Translations under genes and position numbers: made by a program | Assembly: GCF_014211975.1 (NCBI RefSeq) | Contig: NZ_CP060084.1 | Location: forward strand, 178,314-210,313 | Length of the DNA stretch: 32,000 nt | From: Teredinibacter haidensis | GTDB lineage: Bacteria; Pseudomonadota; Gammaproteobacteria; Pseudomonadales; Cellvibrionaceae | Reading direction: 5' to 3' | In this document: piece by piece, positions 10,345 to 20,610 of the stretch | How positions within the stretch are numbered: the stretch's first letter is position 1 | How the letters are laid out: each line of letters starts with the position of its first letter | Notes under the pieces: model-generated | The model's input: the letters and a program-made list of their open reading frames with translations, nothing else | What the model was told of the DNA's origin: nothing | The model's database searches: none

Positions 10345-11099
10345 TGCAGCTTCTTCTTGATGCGGGAAATAGTCGGCTTAAGTGGCAGTTGGTTGATGAT
10401 AAACGCAAGCATGAAGGTTGTTGCGCATACTCGGATCTTGGTTGCCTTGCTGAACTCGTTGGCGCGACCCGTTTGGATAGGGTGCTGGTATCGTCCGTAC
10501 GAGGGCCAGAGTTTGATCGTGAGCTTGTCTTGGCGTCTAGAGACCAGTTTGGTATTGAACCTTTTTTTGCGGTGGTTGAGCAAGAGTGTTTGGGTCTCGT
10601 TGCCGCTTACGATGATTTCCGTCGTCTCGGGGTGGATCGCTGGTTGGCAATGTTGGCTGCTTTTCATCGGGAAAAATCTGTTTGTGTTGTTATTGATGCG
10701 GGCACCGCTATAACGGCGGACTTTGTGGGTTTGGGGGGGCGTCATCAAGGTGGCTTGATCGTTCCGGGTGTGCAAGCCATGACCAGAGCACTGCTTTCAA
10801 GCACTAGCGCTATTGATGTTAAGTCGTTAACTCCACCGCAGACGTGGCGGCCTGGTTGCGATACTTTAGCTTGTGTTGAGCAGGGGGTGGCGGCCGCTTT
10901 AAAGGGTTTGATGTCGGAGGTCGTTGCTTATACTGATACTATGGCGAAGGAGCTGCCTAGCGCTTCAGCCGCTACAATTTATTTGACTGGTGGCGATATG
11001 GCGTTGCTTAGATCCTGGCTGCCAGCATCAGCCAAATGCGAGTCTGATCTGGTTTTGCAGGGGTTACTGCTAAACCAGTGTTGGGATATACGACAATAA
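10344..11099 (+). CDS. coaX: Type III pantothenate kinase
   Basis: MQLLLDAGNSRLKWQLVDD, VDRWLAMLAA, VVIDAGTAITADFV, GGLIVPGVQAM; start overlaps the birA stop (TAATG). Confidence 0.93.
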   Translation: MQLLLDAGNSRLKWQLVDDKRKHEGCCAYSDLGCLAELVGATRLDRVLVSSVRGPEFDRELVLASRDQFGIEPFFAVVEQECLGLVAAYDDFRRLGVDRWLAMLAAFHREKSVCVVIDAGTAITADFVGLGGRHQGGLIVPGVQAMTRALLSSTSAIDVKSLTPPQTWRPGCDTLACVEQGVAAALKGLMSEVVAYTDTMAKELPSASAATIYLTGGDMALLRSWLPASAKCESDLVLQGLLLNQCWDIRQ

Positions 11100-11122
11100 T
11101 AAACGGGGGAACTTCCAATCCA

Positions 11123-11857
11123 ATGAGGTGGATTTTCTTTACACTGCTGTTTTTTAATGTGCTGGCCTTGGCTTGGGGGGTGGCTTTTTATGAGCCTGGC
11201 CAGCAAGTGGTTACTTCAAAGCCAGCACCTTTTGCGTACAAACGGGTGGCGCCGTTGGTTCTGCTGTCGGAAGGGGCGTCTCTGGTGGATGGAGAGCAGA
11301 ATCTGGTGGGTGTTTCCTCTGTGGTGAACACCTCTTCAGGGCCTAGTTACCCGACAAAAGACGGTAAGCCGCTTTGTGATATGGTGGGTCCGTTTAAAGA
11401 TCGGGAGCAGGCGCAGACTTTTACCGAGCGCCTTGCTGCGATCGATATCCGTAGCGAAATAAAAGAGTTGGAAATTCCTGCGGGTGCGCGCTACCAAGTT
11501 TATTTGCCTCCAGAGGCCTCACATAAGGCCGCGCTGCGTAAGTTAGCTGAGCTGCAGGCAAAAAAAGTGGATAGCTACATCATTCCCAAGGGTGAGTTGG
11601 CAAATGGTATTTCGCTAGGTATGTTTAGCCGCGAAGAGCTGGCAAAACAGCAATTAGTTGAGGCGAAAGCCATCGGTCTCGATGCGGAGGTCAATATAAT
11701 CGAGCGCACTTATTGGGAGATTTGGACCATGCTAACACCCGGAGAAGGTGGAAAAATGAGCAATATGGCTTGGTCGCGAGCAATGGAAGGTATAAATGGT
11801 CTCGAGAGACGACAAAATTTCTGTTTAGATGTTGCTTCGCAGGACAACATTCACTAG
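11123..11857 (+). CDS. SPOR-domain protein with N-terminal membrane anchor
   Basis: Likely start MRWIFFTLLFFNVLALAWGVAFY (ORF track start 11078 overlaps coaX). SPOR-like region LCDMVGPFKDREQAQTFTERLAAIDIRSEIKELEIPAGARYQVYLPP; position after birA-coaX matches pseudomonad synteny. Confidence 0.75.
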   Translation: MRWIFFTLLFFNVLALAWGVAFYEPGQQVVTSKPAPFAYKRVAPLVLLSEGASLVDGEQNLVGVSSVVNTSSGPSYPTKDGKPLCDMVGPFKDREQAQTFTERLAAIDIRSEIKELEIPAGARYQVYLPPEASHKAALRKLAELQAKKVDSYIIPKGELANGISLGMFSREELAKQQLVEAKAIGLDAEVNIIERTYWEIWTMLTPGEGGKMSNMAWSRAMEGINGLERRQNFCLDVASQDNIH

Positions 11858-11860
11858 AAT
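11832..11860 (+). promoter_or_regulatory. Putative sigma70 promoter of the tRNA cluster
   Basis: TTGCTT (11832-11837), 17-bp spacer, TAGAAT (11855-11860), then a C/G-rich discriminator CCCGCCTCC; about 54 bp upstream of the first tRNA. Confidence 0.65.
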
Positions 11861-11913
11861 CCCGCCTCCACATTAAGGGAGCAGGCCAAAGTATCCCATA
11901 ATGAGGTTAGAGA

Positions 11914-11989
11914 GCTGGTGTAGCTCAGTTGGTAGAGCAGCTGACTTGTAATCAGCCGGTCGGGGGTTCAACTCCTCTCGCCAGCTCCA
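11914..11989 (+). tRNA. tRNA-Thr(TGT)
   Basis: Cloverleaf GCTGGTG...TCAGC-CTTGTAA...CGCCAGCTCCA with encoded CCA; 76 nt. Confidence 0.96.
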
Positions 11990-12003
11990 TTTTTAAAATT
12001 AGC

Positions 12004-12087
12004 GCAGGGGTTCCCGAGTGGCCAAAGGGATCAGACTGTAAATCTGACGCGCAAGCTTCGGTGGTTCGAATCCACCCCCCTGCACCA
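12004..12087 (+). tRNA. tRNA-Tyr(GTA)
   Basis: GCAGGGG...TCAGA-CTGTAAA-TCTGA, long variable arm, CCCCTGCACCA; 84 nt, encoded CCA. Confidence 0.96.
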
Positions 12088-12234
12088 TATTGAAGTCCGA
12101 GAAGGTGGCTTTCACTGCAATGCCTAGTTAAGTATTTGTAGTGTTTTGCTTACGTCAGGCTCTTCGGATAAGAGTTTAGTCTTCGCGTTGGTAATGCTCA
12201 CGCAAAAGGCTAAAGGTAAGTCGAAAAGTTGTAA

Positions 12235-12308
<74 letters not shown>

Positions 12309-12361
12309 TTAAGCGATAAATGCCGAAAGTGCCCTCTGAGGGTGATAAGTGAAGAGTTCAA

Positions 12362-12437
12362 GCTCATGTAGCTCAGATGGTAGAGCACACCCTTGGTAAG
12401 GGTGAGGTCACCGGTTCAATTCCGGTCATGAGCTCCA
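12362..12437 (+). tRNA. tRNA-Thr(GGT)
   Basis: GCTCATG...CACCC-TTGGTAA-GGGTG...CATGAGCTCCA; 76 nt, encoded CCA. Confidence 0.96.
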
Positions 12438-12480
12438 CATTCCGGTATGCAGTGACCAGTTAGCTTCTGGTGGGAGGAAA

Positions 12481-12505
12481 GGTTGGTGTTAGTGCCGGCC
12501 TTTTT
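12481..12505 (+). terminator. Terminator-like hairpin between tRNA-Thr(GGT) and tRNA-Trp
   Basis: GGTTGGT-GTTAGT-GCCGGCC-TTTTT; 7-bp stem including G-U pairs, then T5. Confidence 0.5.
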
Positions 12506-12526
12506 GTGCGTCGGAAGAAGTAATAC

Positions 12527-12602
12527 AGGCCAGTAGTTCAATTGGTAGAGCGTCGGTCTCCAAAACCGAAAGTTGGGGGTTCGAGTCCCTCCTGGCCTGC
12601 CA
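12527..12602 (+). tRNA. tRNA-Trp(CCA)
   Basis: AGGCCAG...TCGGT-CTCCAAA-ACCGA...CTGGCCTGCCA; 76 nt, encoded CCA; immediately upstream of secE as expected. Confidence 0.96.
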
Positions 12603-12674
12603 TTTTAAGGCGAGAGAAATATTCGCCGTCTGCGTTGAAACTTGTCGACGCAAAAAATGTACGTTGAGAAAATT

Positions 12675-13049
12675 ATGAGCACTACTAAAGTCGAAGAAGC
12701 AGATTTTCGTTTGGATGGTCTTAAGTGGCTAGTTGTGGCTGCCCTTGTTTTGGGTGGTGCATTTGCCAATTCATACTATGCTGGCGATTTTGCCCTGCTC
12801 TATCGTGTTCTGGTGTTGTTGGTGCTTGGTCTGTTTGCTGCGTATGTCGCGGTTAACACGGCTAAGGGTAGCTCTTTTTGGGCTCTACTAAAGGCAGCTC
12901 AGGTTGAGGTGCGTAAAGTGGTTTGGCCTTCTCGTCAGGAGACGACTCAGACAACGTTAATTGTATCCGCAGTTGTTGTGGTTACGGCTATTATCCTCTG
13001 GGGTCTGGATGCAGGCCTTGGTTATTTGGCTTCACTCATTATTGGATAG
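12675..13049 (+). CDS. secE: Preprotein translocase subunit SecE
   Basis: [28 protein letters not shown]...[24 protein letters not shown]; canonical SecE core; upstream of nusG. Confidence 0.93.
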   Translation: MSTTKVEEADFRLDGLKWLVVAALVLGGAFANSYYAGDFALLYRVLVLLVLGLFAAYVAVNTAKGSSFWALLKAAQVEVRKVVWPSRQETTQTTLIVSAVVVVTAIILWGLDAGLGYLASLIIG

Positions 13050-13060
13050 GGGCGCTCACT

Positions 13061-13594
13061 ATGACTAAGCGATGGTATGTTGTTCACGCTTACTCAGGAT
13101 ACGAGAAGAAAGTGGCGCAGGCTCTTAAAGAGCGTATTGAGCTGCACGGGATGCACGATAGTTTTGGCGATGTGTTGGTGCCAACCGAAGAAGTTGTCGA
13201 AATGCGAGGGGGTCAGAAGCGCAGGTCCGAGCGTAAATTCTTCCCAGGTTATGTGCTCGTGCAGATGGAGTTGAATGATGATGCTTGGCATCTGGTTAAA
13301 GAGACTCCCCGAGTAATGGGTTTTATTGGCGGTAAGGCTGATCAGCCTGCACCGATTACCGATAAAGAAGCCGATTTGATTCTGCAGCGAGTTGATGACT
13401 CCGCAGATAAGCCTAAGCCCAAGACTTTGTTTGAGCCGGGCGAAATGGTTCGCGTTATTGATGGCCCCTTCAACGACTTTAATGGAGTGGTTGAAGAGGT
13501 TAATTACGAAAAAAGCCGCTTGCAGGTTGCGGTTCTCATCTTTGGTCGATCTACTCCTGTTGAGCTGGAGTTCGGGCAGGTTGAAAAAAGCTGA
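13061..13594 (+). CDS. nusG: Transcription termination/antitermination protein NusG
   Basis: True start [26 protein letters not shown] at 13061 (ORF track start 12923 overlaps secE out of frame); KOW region [50 protein letters not shown]. Confidence 0.97.
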   Translation: MTKRWYVVHAYSGYEKKVAQALKERIELHGMHDSFGDVLVPTEEVVEMRGGQKRRSERKFFPGYVLVQMELNDDAWHLVKETPRVMGFIGGKADQPAPITDKEADLILQRVDDSADKPKPKTLFEPGEMVRVIDGPFNDFNGVVEEVNYEKSRLQVAVLIFGRSTPVELEFGQVEKS

Positions 13595-13649
13595 TTTGGC
13601 GCCACTGCGACGAATTAAGTTTGGTAGTGTTGAGTAACAGTATTGTGCT

Positions 13650-13677
13650 CTCTCCCGCGTAGCGGGGGAGGGCTTTT
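13650..13677 (+). terminator. Rho-independent terminator or attenuator after nusG
   Basis: CTCTCCCGC-GTA-GCGGGGGAG-GGCTTTT, 9-bp stem. Confidence 0.65.
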
Positions 13678-13781
13678 CGCGTCTTGTTGAAGGAGGTTCT
13701 TTCGTCAAGACAGGGGAGCCTGGGAAGAACAGTTTGCCAACTGTTTGGAGGCGCTAAAACCCATAATCGGGAGTACATAGT

Positions 13782-14213
13782 ATGGCAAAGAAAGTTGAAG
13801 CTTATATTAAGCTACAGGTAAAAGCCGGTCAGGCTAACCCAAGTCCACCCGTTGGTCCTGCTTTGGGTCAGCACGGTGTGAATATAATGGAATTCTGTAA
13901 GGCGTTTAACGCGCAAACTCAGAGCCAGGAGCCTGGTGCGCCAGTTCCTGTTGTGATTTCTGTTTATAGCGACCGTAGCTTTACCTTCACCATGAAAACC
14001 CCACCAGCATCTTATATGTTAAAGAAAGCCGCTGGAATCAAAAGTGGTAGTGGCCGTCCCAACACTGAAAAAGTTGGCAAGGTTAATCGTGCCCAGTTGG
14101 AAGAGATTGCTACTGCCAAGGCGCCGGATTTGACTGCTGCCGATATGGATGCAGCAGTTCGTACTATCGCCGGCTCTGCCCGTGCGATGGGTATTGATGT
14201 GGAGGGTGTGTAA
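13782..14213 (+). CDS. rplK: Ribosomal protein L11
   Basis: 143 aa; [47 protein letters not shown]. Confidence 0.98.
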   Translation: MAKKVEAYIKLQVKAGQANPSPPVGPALGQHGVNIMEFCKAFNAQTQSQEPGAPVPVVISVYSDRSFTFTMKTPPASYMLKKAAGIKSGSGRPNTEKVGKVNRAQLEEIATAKAPDLTAADMDAAVRTIAGSARAMGIDVEGV

Positions 14214-14214
14214 C

Positions 14215-14910
14215 ATGGCGAATCTGACTAAAAAGCAAAAAGTAATCAACGAAAAAGTTGATTTCACCAAGTCGTACGGTATTGACGAAGCTGTAGCGTT
14301 ATTGAAAGAGCTGGCAACCGCCAAGTTTTCAGAAACTGTTGACGCTGCTGTCAATCTTGGTATCGATCCCCGTAAATCCGACCAGTCTGTTCGCGGTGCA
14401 ACCAGTTTGCCGCACGGTACAGGTAAAGCTGTGCGCGTTGCTGTATTTGCTCAGGGCGCAGCTGCCGATGCAGCGAAAGAAGCCGGTGCGGAATTTGTCG
14501 GTATGGATGAACTCGCGGCTGAAATTAAAGGTGGCATGATGGATTTTGACGTGGTCGTAGCCGATCCGGCAGCAATGCGTGTTGTGGGTATGCTTGGCCA
14601 GGTGTTGGGTCCACGCGGACTGATGCCAAACCCCAAAACCGGAACTGTAACCCCCGACGTTGCTGGAGCTGTTAAAAAAGCTAAAGCCGGTCAAGTGCGT
14701 TTTCGTGCGGACAAGGGCGGTATTGTTCACGGTGGTATTGGTAAGGTTTCTTTTGACGCTAGCGCGATCAAGGAAAACTTGGAAGCCTTAGTTAACGATT
14801 TGAAAAAAGCTAAGCCTGCAGCGGCCAAAGGTGTTTACCTGAAGAAAATATCTTTGAGTACCACTATGGGCCCCGGCTTGGTCATCGATCAATCTAGTTT
14901 GGAAGTTTAA
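14215..14910 (+). CDS. rplA: Ribosomal protein L1
   Basis: Start [34 protein letters not shown] at 14215; [30 protein letters not shown]. Confidence 0.98.
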   Translation: MANLTKKQKVINEKVDFTKSYGIDEAVALLKELATAKFSETVDAAVNLGIDPRKSDQSVRGATSLPHGTGKAVRVAVFAQGAAADAAKEAGAEFVGMDELAAEIKGGMMDFDVVVADPAAMRVVGMLGQVLGPRGLMPNPKTGTVTPDVAGAVKKAKAGQVRFRADKGGIVHGGIGKVSFDASAIKENLEALVNDLKKAKPAAAKGVYLKKISLSTTMGPGLVIDQSSLEV

Positions 14911-14925
14911 TTCCGCTGATTGATT

Positions 14926-14953
14926 AACCAGAACTTTGGGGTCTGGTTTTTTG
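14926..14953 (+). terminator. Hairpin/T-tract, probable partial terminator between rplA and rplJ
   Basis: AACCAGA-ACTTTGGGG-TCTGGTTTTTT. Confidence 0.55.
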
Positions 14954-14990
14954 GTTCACTTAATTTTTAAGTGTTCTGATGAGCCGGGCT

Positions 14991-15075
14991 GTCAAAGACC
15001 GTAGGTGCGGAAGAGACTTTTAGTTTTTACTGCTTAATCCAGATCGAAAGGTCAAGCCTACGCAGACGGTGTGTC
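14991..15075 (+). promoter_or_regulatory. L10 leader (r-protein L10-L7/L12 autoregulatory RNA element)
   Basis: GTCAAAGACCGTAGGTGCGG ... GTCAAGCCTACGCAGACGGTG pairing arms (ACC/GGT and GTAGGT/GCCTAC), at the expected position upstream of rplJ. Confidence 0.75.
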
Positions 15076-15190
15076 CCAATTCAGATTTTACGGATTTGAA
15101 TGTGATCACCGATAATCGGAAATGGCAAAATCACAATGTAGTAACTGTGGTAGCGTTATTTCTTAACTTCAAATCCAGGAGATTTTATTA

Positions 15191-15721
15191 GTGGCTATTG
15201 GACTCGAAGACAAAAAAGCGATCGTCGCTGACGTTAACGAGACTGCAGCTAACGCGTTATCTCTGGTGATTGCCGACGCACGTGGCGTGACTGTTGGCGA
15301 TATGGATTCCCTGCGCAAACTGGCTCGTGAGAACAACGTAAATTTACGTGTTGTTCGAAACACCCTAGCCAAGCGCGCTATGCAGGGAACCGATTTTGAG
15401 TGTGTGAACGAAGCCCTTACTGGCCCAAGTCTGTTTGGTTTTTCTATGGAAGACCCAGGCGCGGCGGCGCGAATTTTCAAAGATTTTGCTAAACAGCAGG
15501 AAAACTTTGAAGTAAAAGCGCTCTCTATTGGCGGTAAGTTGCTGGAATCAAGCCAAATCGACACTCTCGCCAAGCTTCCGACTTTGGAACAGGCGTTGGG
15601 TCTATTGGCAAGCGTTATGATCGCACCGGTCACCAAATTGGTTCGTACTTTCAACGAGGTACCAACCAAGGTTACACGCGTAGTTGCGGCAGTTCGCGAC
15701 CAGAAACAAGACGCGGCATAA
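15191..15721 (+). CDS. rplJ: Ribosomal protein L10, GTG start
   Basis: 176 aa; [63 protein letters not shown]. Confidence 0.97.
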   Translation: MAIGLEDKKAIVADVNETAANALSLVIADARGVTVGDMDSLRKLARENNVNLRVVRNTLAKRAMQGTDFECVNEALTGPSLFGFSMEDPGAAARIFKDFAKQQENFEVKALSIGGKLLESSQIDTLAKLPTLEQALGLLASVMIAPVTKLVRTFNEVPTKVTRVVAAVRDQKQDAA

Positions 15722-15846
15722 GTTTCGGCTCTTTTTAATAAAAGTATCGAACTGGCTGTATCTATTGTCCGAAATTGTTCCTGACAACTTTCGGAATACT
15801 CCACATCCGTGTGGTTAATTAACAAATTTAAATTGGAGATAGAGTA

Positions 15847-16224
15847 ATGGCTCTTTCTAAAGAAGATATCTTAAATGCAATTGCTGAAATGTCTGTAATG
15901 GACGTTGTTGAGCTTGTTGAAGCAATGGAAGAGAAGTTCGGTGTATCTGCTGCTGCTGCTGTTGCCGTAGCTGCTCCTGCTGCAGGTGGCGACGTTGCTG
16001 CTGCTGAAGAGCAAACCGAATTTGACGTCGTTCTTACCGCTATCGGCGAAAAGAAAGTTAACGTGATCAAAGCTGTACGTGCTATCACTGGTCTGGGTCT
16101 GAAAGAAGCCAAGGCAATGGTTGACGGCGCTCCAAGTTCAGTTAAAGAAGGCGTTTCTAAAGATGACGCTGAAGAAGCTAAGAAGCAACTGGAAGAAGCC
16201 GGCGCATCTGTTGAGCTTAAGTAA
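15847..16224 (+). CDS. rplL: Ribosomal protein L7/L12
   Basis: 125 aa; [38 protein letters not shown]...[27 protein letters not shown]. Confidence 0.98.
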   Translation: MALSKEDILNAIAEMSVMDVVELVEAMEEKFGVSAAAAVAVAAPAAGGDVAAAEEQTEFDVVLTAIGEKKVNVIKAVRAITGLGLKEAKAMVDGAPSSVKEGVSKDDAEEAKKQLEEAGASVELK

Positions 16225-16237
16225 GTTGTGGTTTGAA

Positions 16238-16298
16238 GGTTTTCTCTGCGGAGAAAACCTGCGAAGACAAGGTCAGTGGGCTTTTTGCCCTCTGGCCT
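16238..16298 (+). promoter_or_regulatory. Two adjacent hairpins in the rplL-rpoB spacer (candidate attenuator / RNase processing site)
   Basis: GGTTTTCTC-TGCG-GAGAAAACC (16238-16259, 9-bp perfect stem) followed by GGTCAGTGGGC-TTTTT-GCCCTCTGGCC-TTTT (16271-16301). Confidence 0.55.
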
Positions 16299-16445
16299 TT
16301 TCCCGTTTGCGATCAACGTAAGGTCGAAGTATTTGGCTGGAATTTTTACTTTTCCACTCATGCGCATTTTGTAAAACACGGTTTAAAAAAGGCTCACCCG
16401 GCCTTTAAGTCGAAATAAGCTCCGTGCTAAAGCTGAGGAACACTA

Positions 16446-19400
16446 ATGGCTTACTCGTATACTGAGAAAAAACGTATCCGCAAGGATTTTGGCAAGCTGC
16501 CAAACGTCATGGATGTACCATACCTCCTGGCAATCCAGTTAGATTCCTATCGAAAATTTACCCAAGCTGGCAGGCTTGATGATGCCAAACTGGATATCGG
16601 CCTGCAGGCCGCTTTTAAGTCGGTATTCCCAATTGTTAGTTATTCCGGAAATGCTGCGCTTGAATACGTAAGCTATTCCCTTGGTAAGCCCGTATTTGAC
16701 GTTAGTGAGTGTGTGTTGCGTGGTGCGACTTATGCTGTACCCCTACGCGTTAAAGTACGATTGATTATTTATGATCGCGAGTCGTCCAGTAAAGCGATTA
16801 AGGATATTAAAGAGCAAGAAGTTTATATGGGAGAAATCCCATTGATGACCGATAACGGTACCTTTGTTATTAATGGCACCGAAAGAGTTATCGTATCTCA
16901 GCTACACCGTTCACCGGGTGTCTTTTTTGAGCACGACAAAGGTAAGACTCATTCCTCCGGTAAACTTTTGTACTCTGCTCGTATTATTCCTTACCGTGGT
17001 TCATGGTTGGATTTTGAATTCGACCCGAAAGATTTGGTTTACGTTCGAATCGACCGCCGTCGCAAGCTGCCGGCAACGATTCTTCTGCGCGCGCTCGGTT
17101 ACAGTGCCGAAGAAATGTTGGCGATCTTTTTTGAAACTTCCAAGTTCGTGTTTAACGTTGAAGGTAATGCGAAACTTGAGCTGGTTCCTTCGCGTCTGCG
17201 AGGGGATGTAACCACCTTCGAAATTAAGGATGTGAATGGCGATGTTCTCATCGAAGAAGGGCGTCGTATTACGGCCCGCCATATTCGCTTGCTTGAAAAA
17301 AGTGGTGTAACTGAGCTGGATGTTCCGGTGGAATACCTGATCGGTCGCGCTCTGGCGAAAAATATTATCAACACCGAAACCGGAGAAGTGTTATTCGAAT
17401 GTAACACTGAAATTACCGAGGAGGTGCTGGAAGGTCTGACCGCAGGGAATATCACCGAATTTGAAACGCTTTACACTAACGAATTAGATTGTGGACCGTT
17501 TGTCGCAGACACCCTGCGAGCCGACCCGACTCGCACCGAGCTGGAAGCTCTAGTCGAAATCTATCGAATGATGCGCCCCGGCGAACCTCCCACTAAAGAG
17601 TCTGCCGAAGCTCTGTTCCAGAATATGTTCTTCAGCTCTGATCGTTACGATCTTTCTGCGGTAGGCCGCATGAAATTTAATCGTCGACTCGGACACGATT
17701 CTGAAACGGGAGAAGGCACTTTATCTCGCGAAGATATTGTTTGCGTATTGAAAACCTTGATCGAAATTCGCAACGGTAGCGGTACGGTTGACGATATCGA
17801 CCACCTGGGTAACCGTCGCGTGCGTTCTGTGGGCGAAATGGCTGAAAACCAGTTCCGAGTTGGCCTAGTGCGTGTTGAGCGCGCGGTTAAAGAACGATTA
17901 TCCATGGCTGAAAGCGAAGGCTTGATGCCTCAGGACCTGATTAACGCCAAGCCTGTTGCGGCGGCGGTTAAGGAGTTCTTTGGTTCCAGCCAGCTGTCAC
18001 AGTTTATGGATCAGAACAATCCGCTGTCTGAAGTTACTCACAAACGTCGTGTGTCTGCTCTCGGCCCTGGTGGTTTGACTCGAGAGCGCGCTGGTTTTGA
18101 AGTGCGCGATGTACACCCAACACATTATGGTCGTGTCTGTCCTATTGAGACACCTGAAGGCCCAAACATTGGTCTGATCAACTCTCTGGCTACTTACGCC
18201 CGTACTAATAATTACGGTTTTCTGGAGAGCCCACATAGGAAGGTAGTCGATGGTAAGGTTACCGACGACATCGAATACCTGTCGGCGATTAACGAAGCTC
18301 AGTATGTTATTGCACAGGCATCTGCCGAGATGAATGAGGCCGGTGAGCTGACTGACGAGCTAGTATCCGTTCGCTACCAAAACGAATTTACATTAAAAGC
18401 CGTATCAGACGTTCAATATATGGACGTTTCGCCACGCCAGGTTGTGTCGGTGGCAGCGTCGTTGATTCCATTCCTGGAGCATGATGATGCCAACCGTGCT
18501 TTGATGGGATCAAACATGCAGCGTCAGGCGGTTCCAACCCTGAAGGCAGACAAGCCTGTTGTGGGAACCGGTATGGAGCGCAATGTTGCACGCGACTCCG
18601 GCGTGTGTGTCGTTGCCAAGCGTGGCGGTAAAATCGAAAGCGTTGATGCTGCTCGTATCGTTGTTCGCGCTTCCGATGAAGAAACCGAGGCGGGTGATGC
18701 AGGTGTTGATATCTACAACCTGACCAAGTACACCCGCTCCAACCAGAATACCTGTATTAATCAGCGTCCAATCGTTAAGCCTGGCGACGCCATTACTCGT
18801 GGTGATATTTTGGCCGATGGGCCATCAGTGGATCTTGGTGAGCTAGCGCTGGGTCAGAATATGCGTATCGCGTTTATGACCTGGAATGGTTATAACTTCG
18901 AGGATTCCATTTTGGTGTCCGAGCGCGTTGTACAGGAAGACCGTTTTACCACTATCCATATTCAGGAGCTGACCTGTATTGCTCGTGACACTAAGCTGGG
19001 TAGTGAGGAAATTACAGCGGATATTCCTAACGTGGGTGAAGGTGCGTTAGCTAAGTTGGATGAATCTGGAATTGTATACGTCGGAGCTGAAGTTAGTGCC
19101 GGCGACATTCTAGTGGGCAAGGTCACGCCGAAAGGTGAAACCCAGCTGACGCCAGAAGAAAAACTGTTACGTGCGATTTTCGGGGAAAAAGCCTCAGACG
19201 TTAAAGACACCTCTCAGCGCGTCCCTTCCAGTGTCAAGGGTACCGTGATTGATGTGCAGGTCTTTACTCGTGATGGTTTGGAAAAAGATCAGCGCTCGTT
19301 GGAAATCGAAAAATCTCAGTTAGATCAGGTACGTAAAGATCTGAACGAAGAGTATCGCATTGTTGAAGGCGCTACCTTTGCCCGTCTGCGTTCTGCTCTG

Positions 19401-20531
19401 GTTGGCCAAACGGTCTCCAGCGGTAGAAGTGTTAAGAAGGGTGATACGGTTACCGATGAAATGCTCAACGATTTGGTGAAAGAAGACTGGTTTAAAATCC
19501 GCATGTCTGACGATGTGCTCAATGAGCAGTTGGATGCCGCTGAGCAGCAGCTGATAGACCGTCGTAAGGAACTGGACGAGCGTTTTGAAGACAAGAAAGG
19601 CAAGCTGGAAACCGGTGATGATTTGGCTCCGGGCGTGCTGAAGATAGTCAAGGTTTACTTGGCTATTAAACGTCGCATTCAGCCCGGTGACAAGATGGCG
19701 GGTCGTCACGGTAACAAGGGTGTTATCTCAGTCATCATGCCGGTCGAAGATATGCCTTACGACGAAAATGGTGATCCAATCGATATCGTACTCAATCCTC
19801 TGGGCGTGCCTTCGCGGATGAACGTGGGGCAGATTCTTGAGACTCACTTGGGCCTTGCGTCCAAAGGTCTGGGGCGCAAGATCGAGAATATGCTACAGCA
19901 GCAGAATGCGGTTATACAGCTGCGCGACCTGCTCGGTAAGGTCTACAACGATATTGGTCAGTCCTATAAAAAGGAAGAGCTGGATTCCTTCACTGATGAA
20001 GAACTGCTCGAGTTGGCTGAGAACCTGAAAGGTGGTGTGCCCATGGCTACACGCGCCTTTGATGGTGCTGCCGAGTCTGAAATCAAAGAGTTGCTGCGCT
20101 TGGCGGATATGCCGGACTCCGGTCAGATGACTTTGTTTGACGGTCGTACTGGCGACGCTTTCCAGCGTAAAGTTACCGTAGGCTATATGTACATGCTTAA
20201 GCTCAACCACTTGGTTGATGACAAGATGCATGCGCGATCTACAGGTTCCTATAGCTTGGTTACCCAGCAGCCATTGGGCGGTAAAGCTCAGTTTGGTGGT
20301 CAGCGATTTGGTGAGATGGAAGTGTGGGCATTGGAAGCATACGGTGCTGCATACACGCTTCAGGAAATGCTCACGGTTAAGTCGGATGATGTTAATGGTC
20401 GAACCAAGATGTATAAAAACATCGTCGATGGTGATCATCGTATGGAGCCCGGCATGCCTGAATCATTTAACGTATTGGTTAAAGAAATTCGATCGCTGGG
20501 CATCAATATCGAACTTGAGCAAGACTCGTAA
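16446..20531 (+). CDS. rpoB: DNA-directed RNA polymerase beta subunit
   Basis: 1361 aa; [28 protein letters not shown]; Rif region [32 protein letters not shown]; C-terminus [19 protein letters not shown]. Confidence 0.99.
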   Translation: MAYSYTEKKRIRKDFGKLPNVMDVPYLLAIQLDSYRKFTQAGRLDDAKLDIGLQAAFKSVFPIVSYSGNAALEYVSYSLGKPVFDVSECVLRGATYAVPLRVKVRLIIYDRESSSKAIKDIKEQEVYMGEIPLMTDNGTFVINGTERVIVSQLHRSPGVFFEHDKGKTHSSGKLLYSARIIPYRGSWLDFEFDPKDLVYVRIDRRRKLPATILLRALGYSAEEMLAIFFETSKFVFNVEGNAKLELVPSRLRGDVTTFEIKDVNGDVLIEEGRRITARHIRLLEKSGVTELDVPVEYLIGRALAKNIINTETGEVLFECNTEITEEVLEGLTAGNITEFETLYTNELDCGPFVADTLRADPTRTELEALVEIYRMMRPGEPPTKESAEALFQNMFFSSDRYDLSAVGRMKFNRRLGHDSETGEGTLSREDIVCVLKTLIEIRNGSGTVDDIDHLGNRRVRSVGEMAENQFRVGLVRVERAVKERLSMAESEGLMPQDLINAKPVAAAVKEFFGSSQLSQFMDQNNPLSEVTHKRRVSALGPGGLTRERAGFEVRDVHPTHYGRVCPIETPEGPNIGLINSLATYARTNNYGFLESPHRKVVDGKVTDDIEYLSAINEAQYVIAQASAEMNEAGELTDELVSVRYQNEFTLKAVSDVQYMDVSPRQVVSVAASLIPFLEHDDANRALMGSNMQRQAVPTLKADKPVVGTGMERNVARDSGVCVVAKRGGKIESVDAARIVVRASDEETEAGDAGVDIYNLTKYTRSNQNTCINQRPIVKPGDAITRGDILADGPSVDLGELALGQNMRIAFMTWNGYNFEDSILVSERVVQEDRFTTIHIQELTCIARDTKLGSEEITADIPNVGEGALAKLDESGIVYVGAEVSAGDILVGKVTPKGETQLTPEEKLLRAIFGEKASDVKDTSQRVPSSVKGTVIDVQVFTRDGLEKDQRSLEIEKSQLDQVRKDLNEEYRIVEGATFARLRSALVGQTVSSGRSVKKGDTVTDEMLNDLVKEDWFKIRMSDDVLNEQLDAAEQQLIDRRKELDERFEDKKGKLETGDDLAPGVLKIVKVYLAIKRRIQPGDKMAGRHGNKGVISVIMPVEDMPYDENGDPIDIVLNPLGVPSRMNVGQILETHLGLASKGLGRKIENMLQQQNAVIQLRDLLGKVYNDIGQSYKKEELDSFTDEELLELAENLKGGVPMATRAFDGAAESEIKELLRLADMPDSGQMTLFDGRTGDAFQRKVTVGYMYMLKLNHLVDDKMHARSTGSYSLVTQQPLGGKAQFGGQRFGEMEVWALEAYGAAYTLQEMLTVKSDDVNGRTKMYKNIVDGDHRMEPGMPESFNVLVKEIRSLGINIELEQDS

Positions 20532-20610
20532 ATTTCACAAATCAAACGGTGGTGGGCGCAGCTCTATTAGGCTCGCCCGCTGTGCATAGGCACCCACTGG
20601 AGGAGCAGCT

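Noticed and set aside
15169-15825. 218-aa minus-strand ORF opposite rplJ
   Set aside because: Fully antisense to a strongly conserved ribosomal gene; low-complexity S/T/R composition typical of shadow ORFs.
15828-16379. 183-aa minus-strand ORF opposite rplL
   Set aside because: Antisense shadow of rplL; the serine/alanine-rich runs arise from the L7/L12 alanine-rich hinge.
17997-20028. Possible rifampicin-resistance or split features in rpoB
   Set aside because: The Rif cluster reads [32 protein letters not shown], the usual sensitive-type sequence, and the frame is intact.
19893-20438. 181-aa minus-strand ORF inside rpoB
   Set aside because: Antisense to conserved RpoB C-terminal coding sequence, no domain; same for the other ORFs antisense to rpoB and rpoC.
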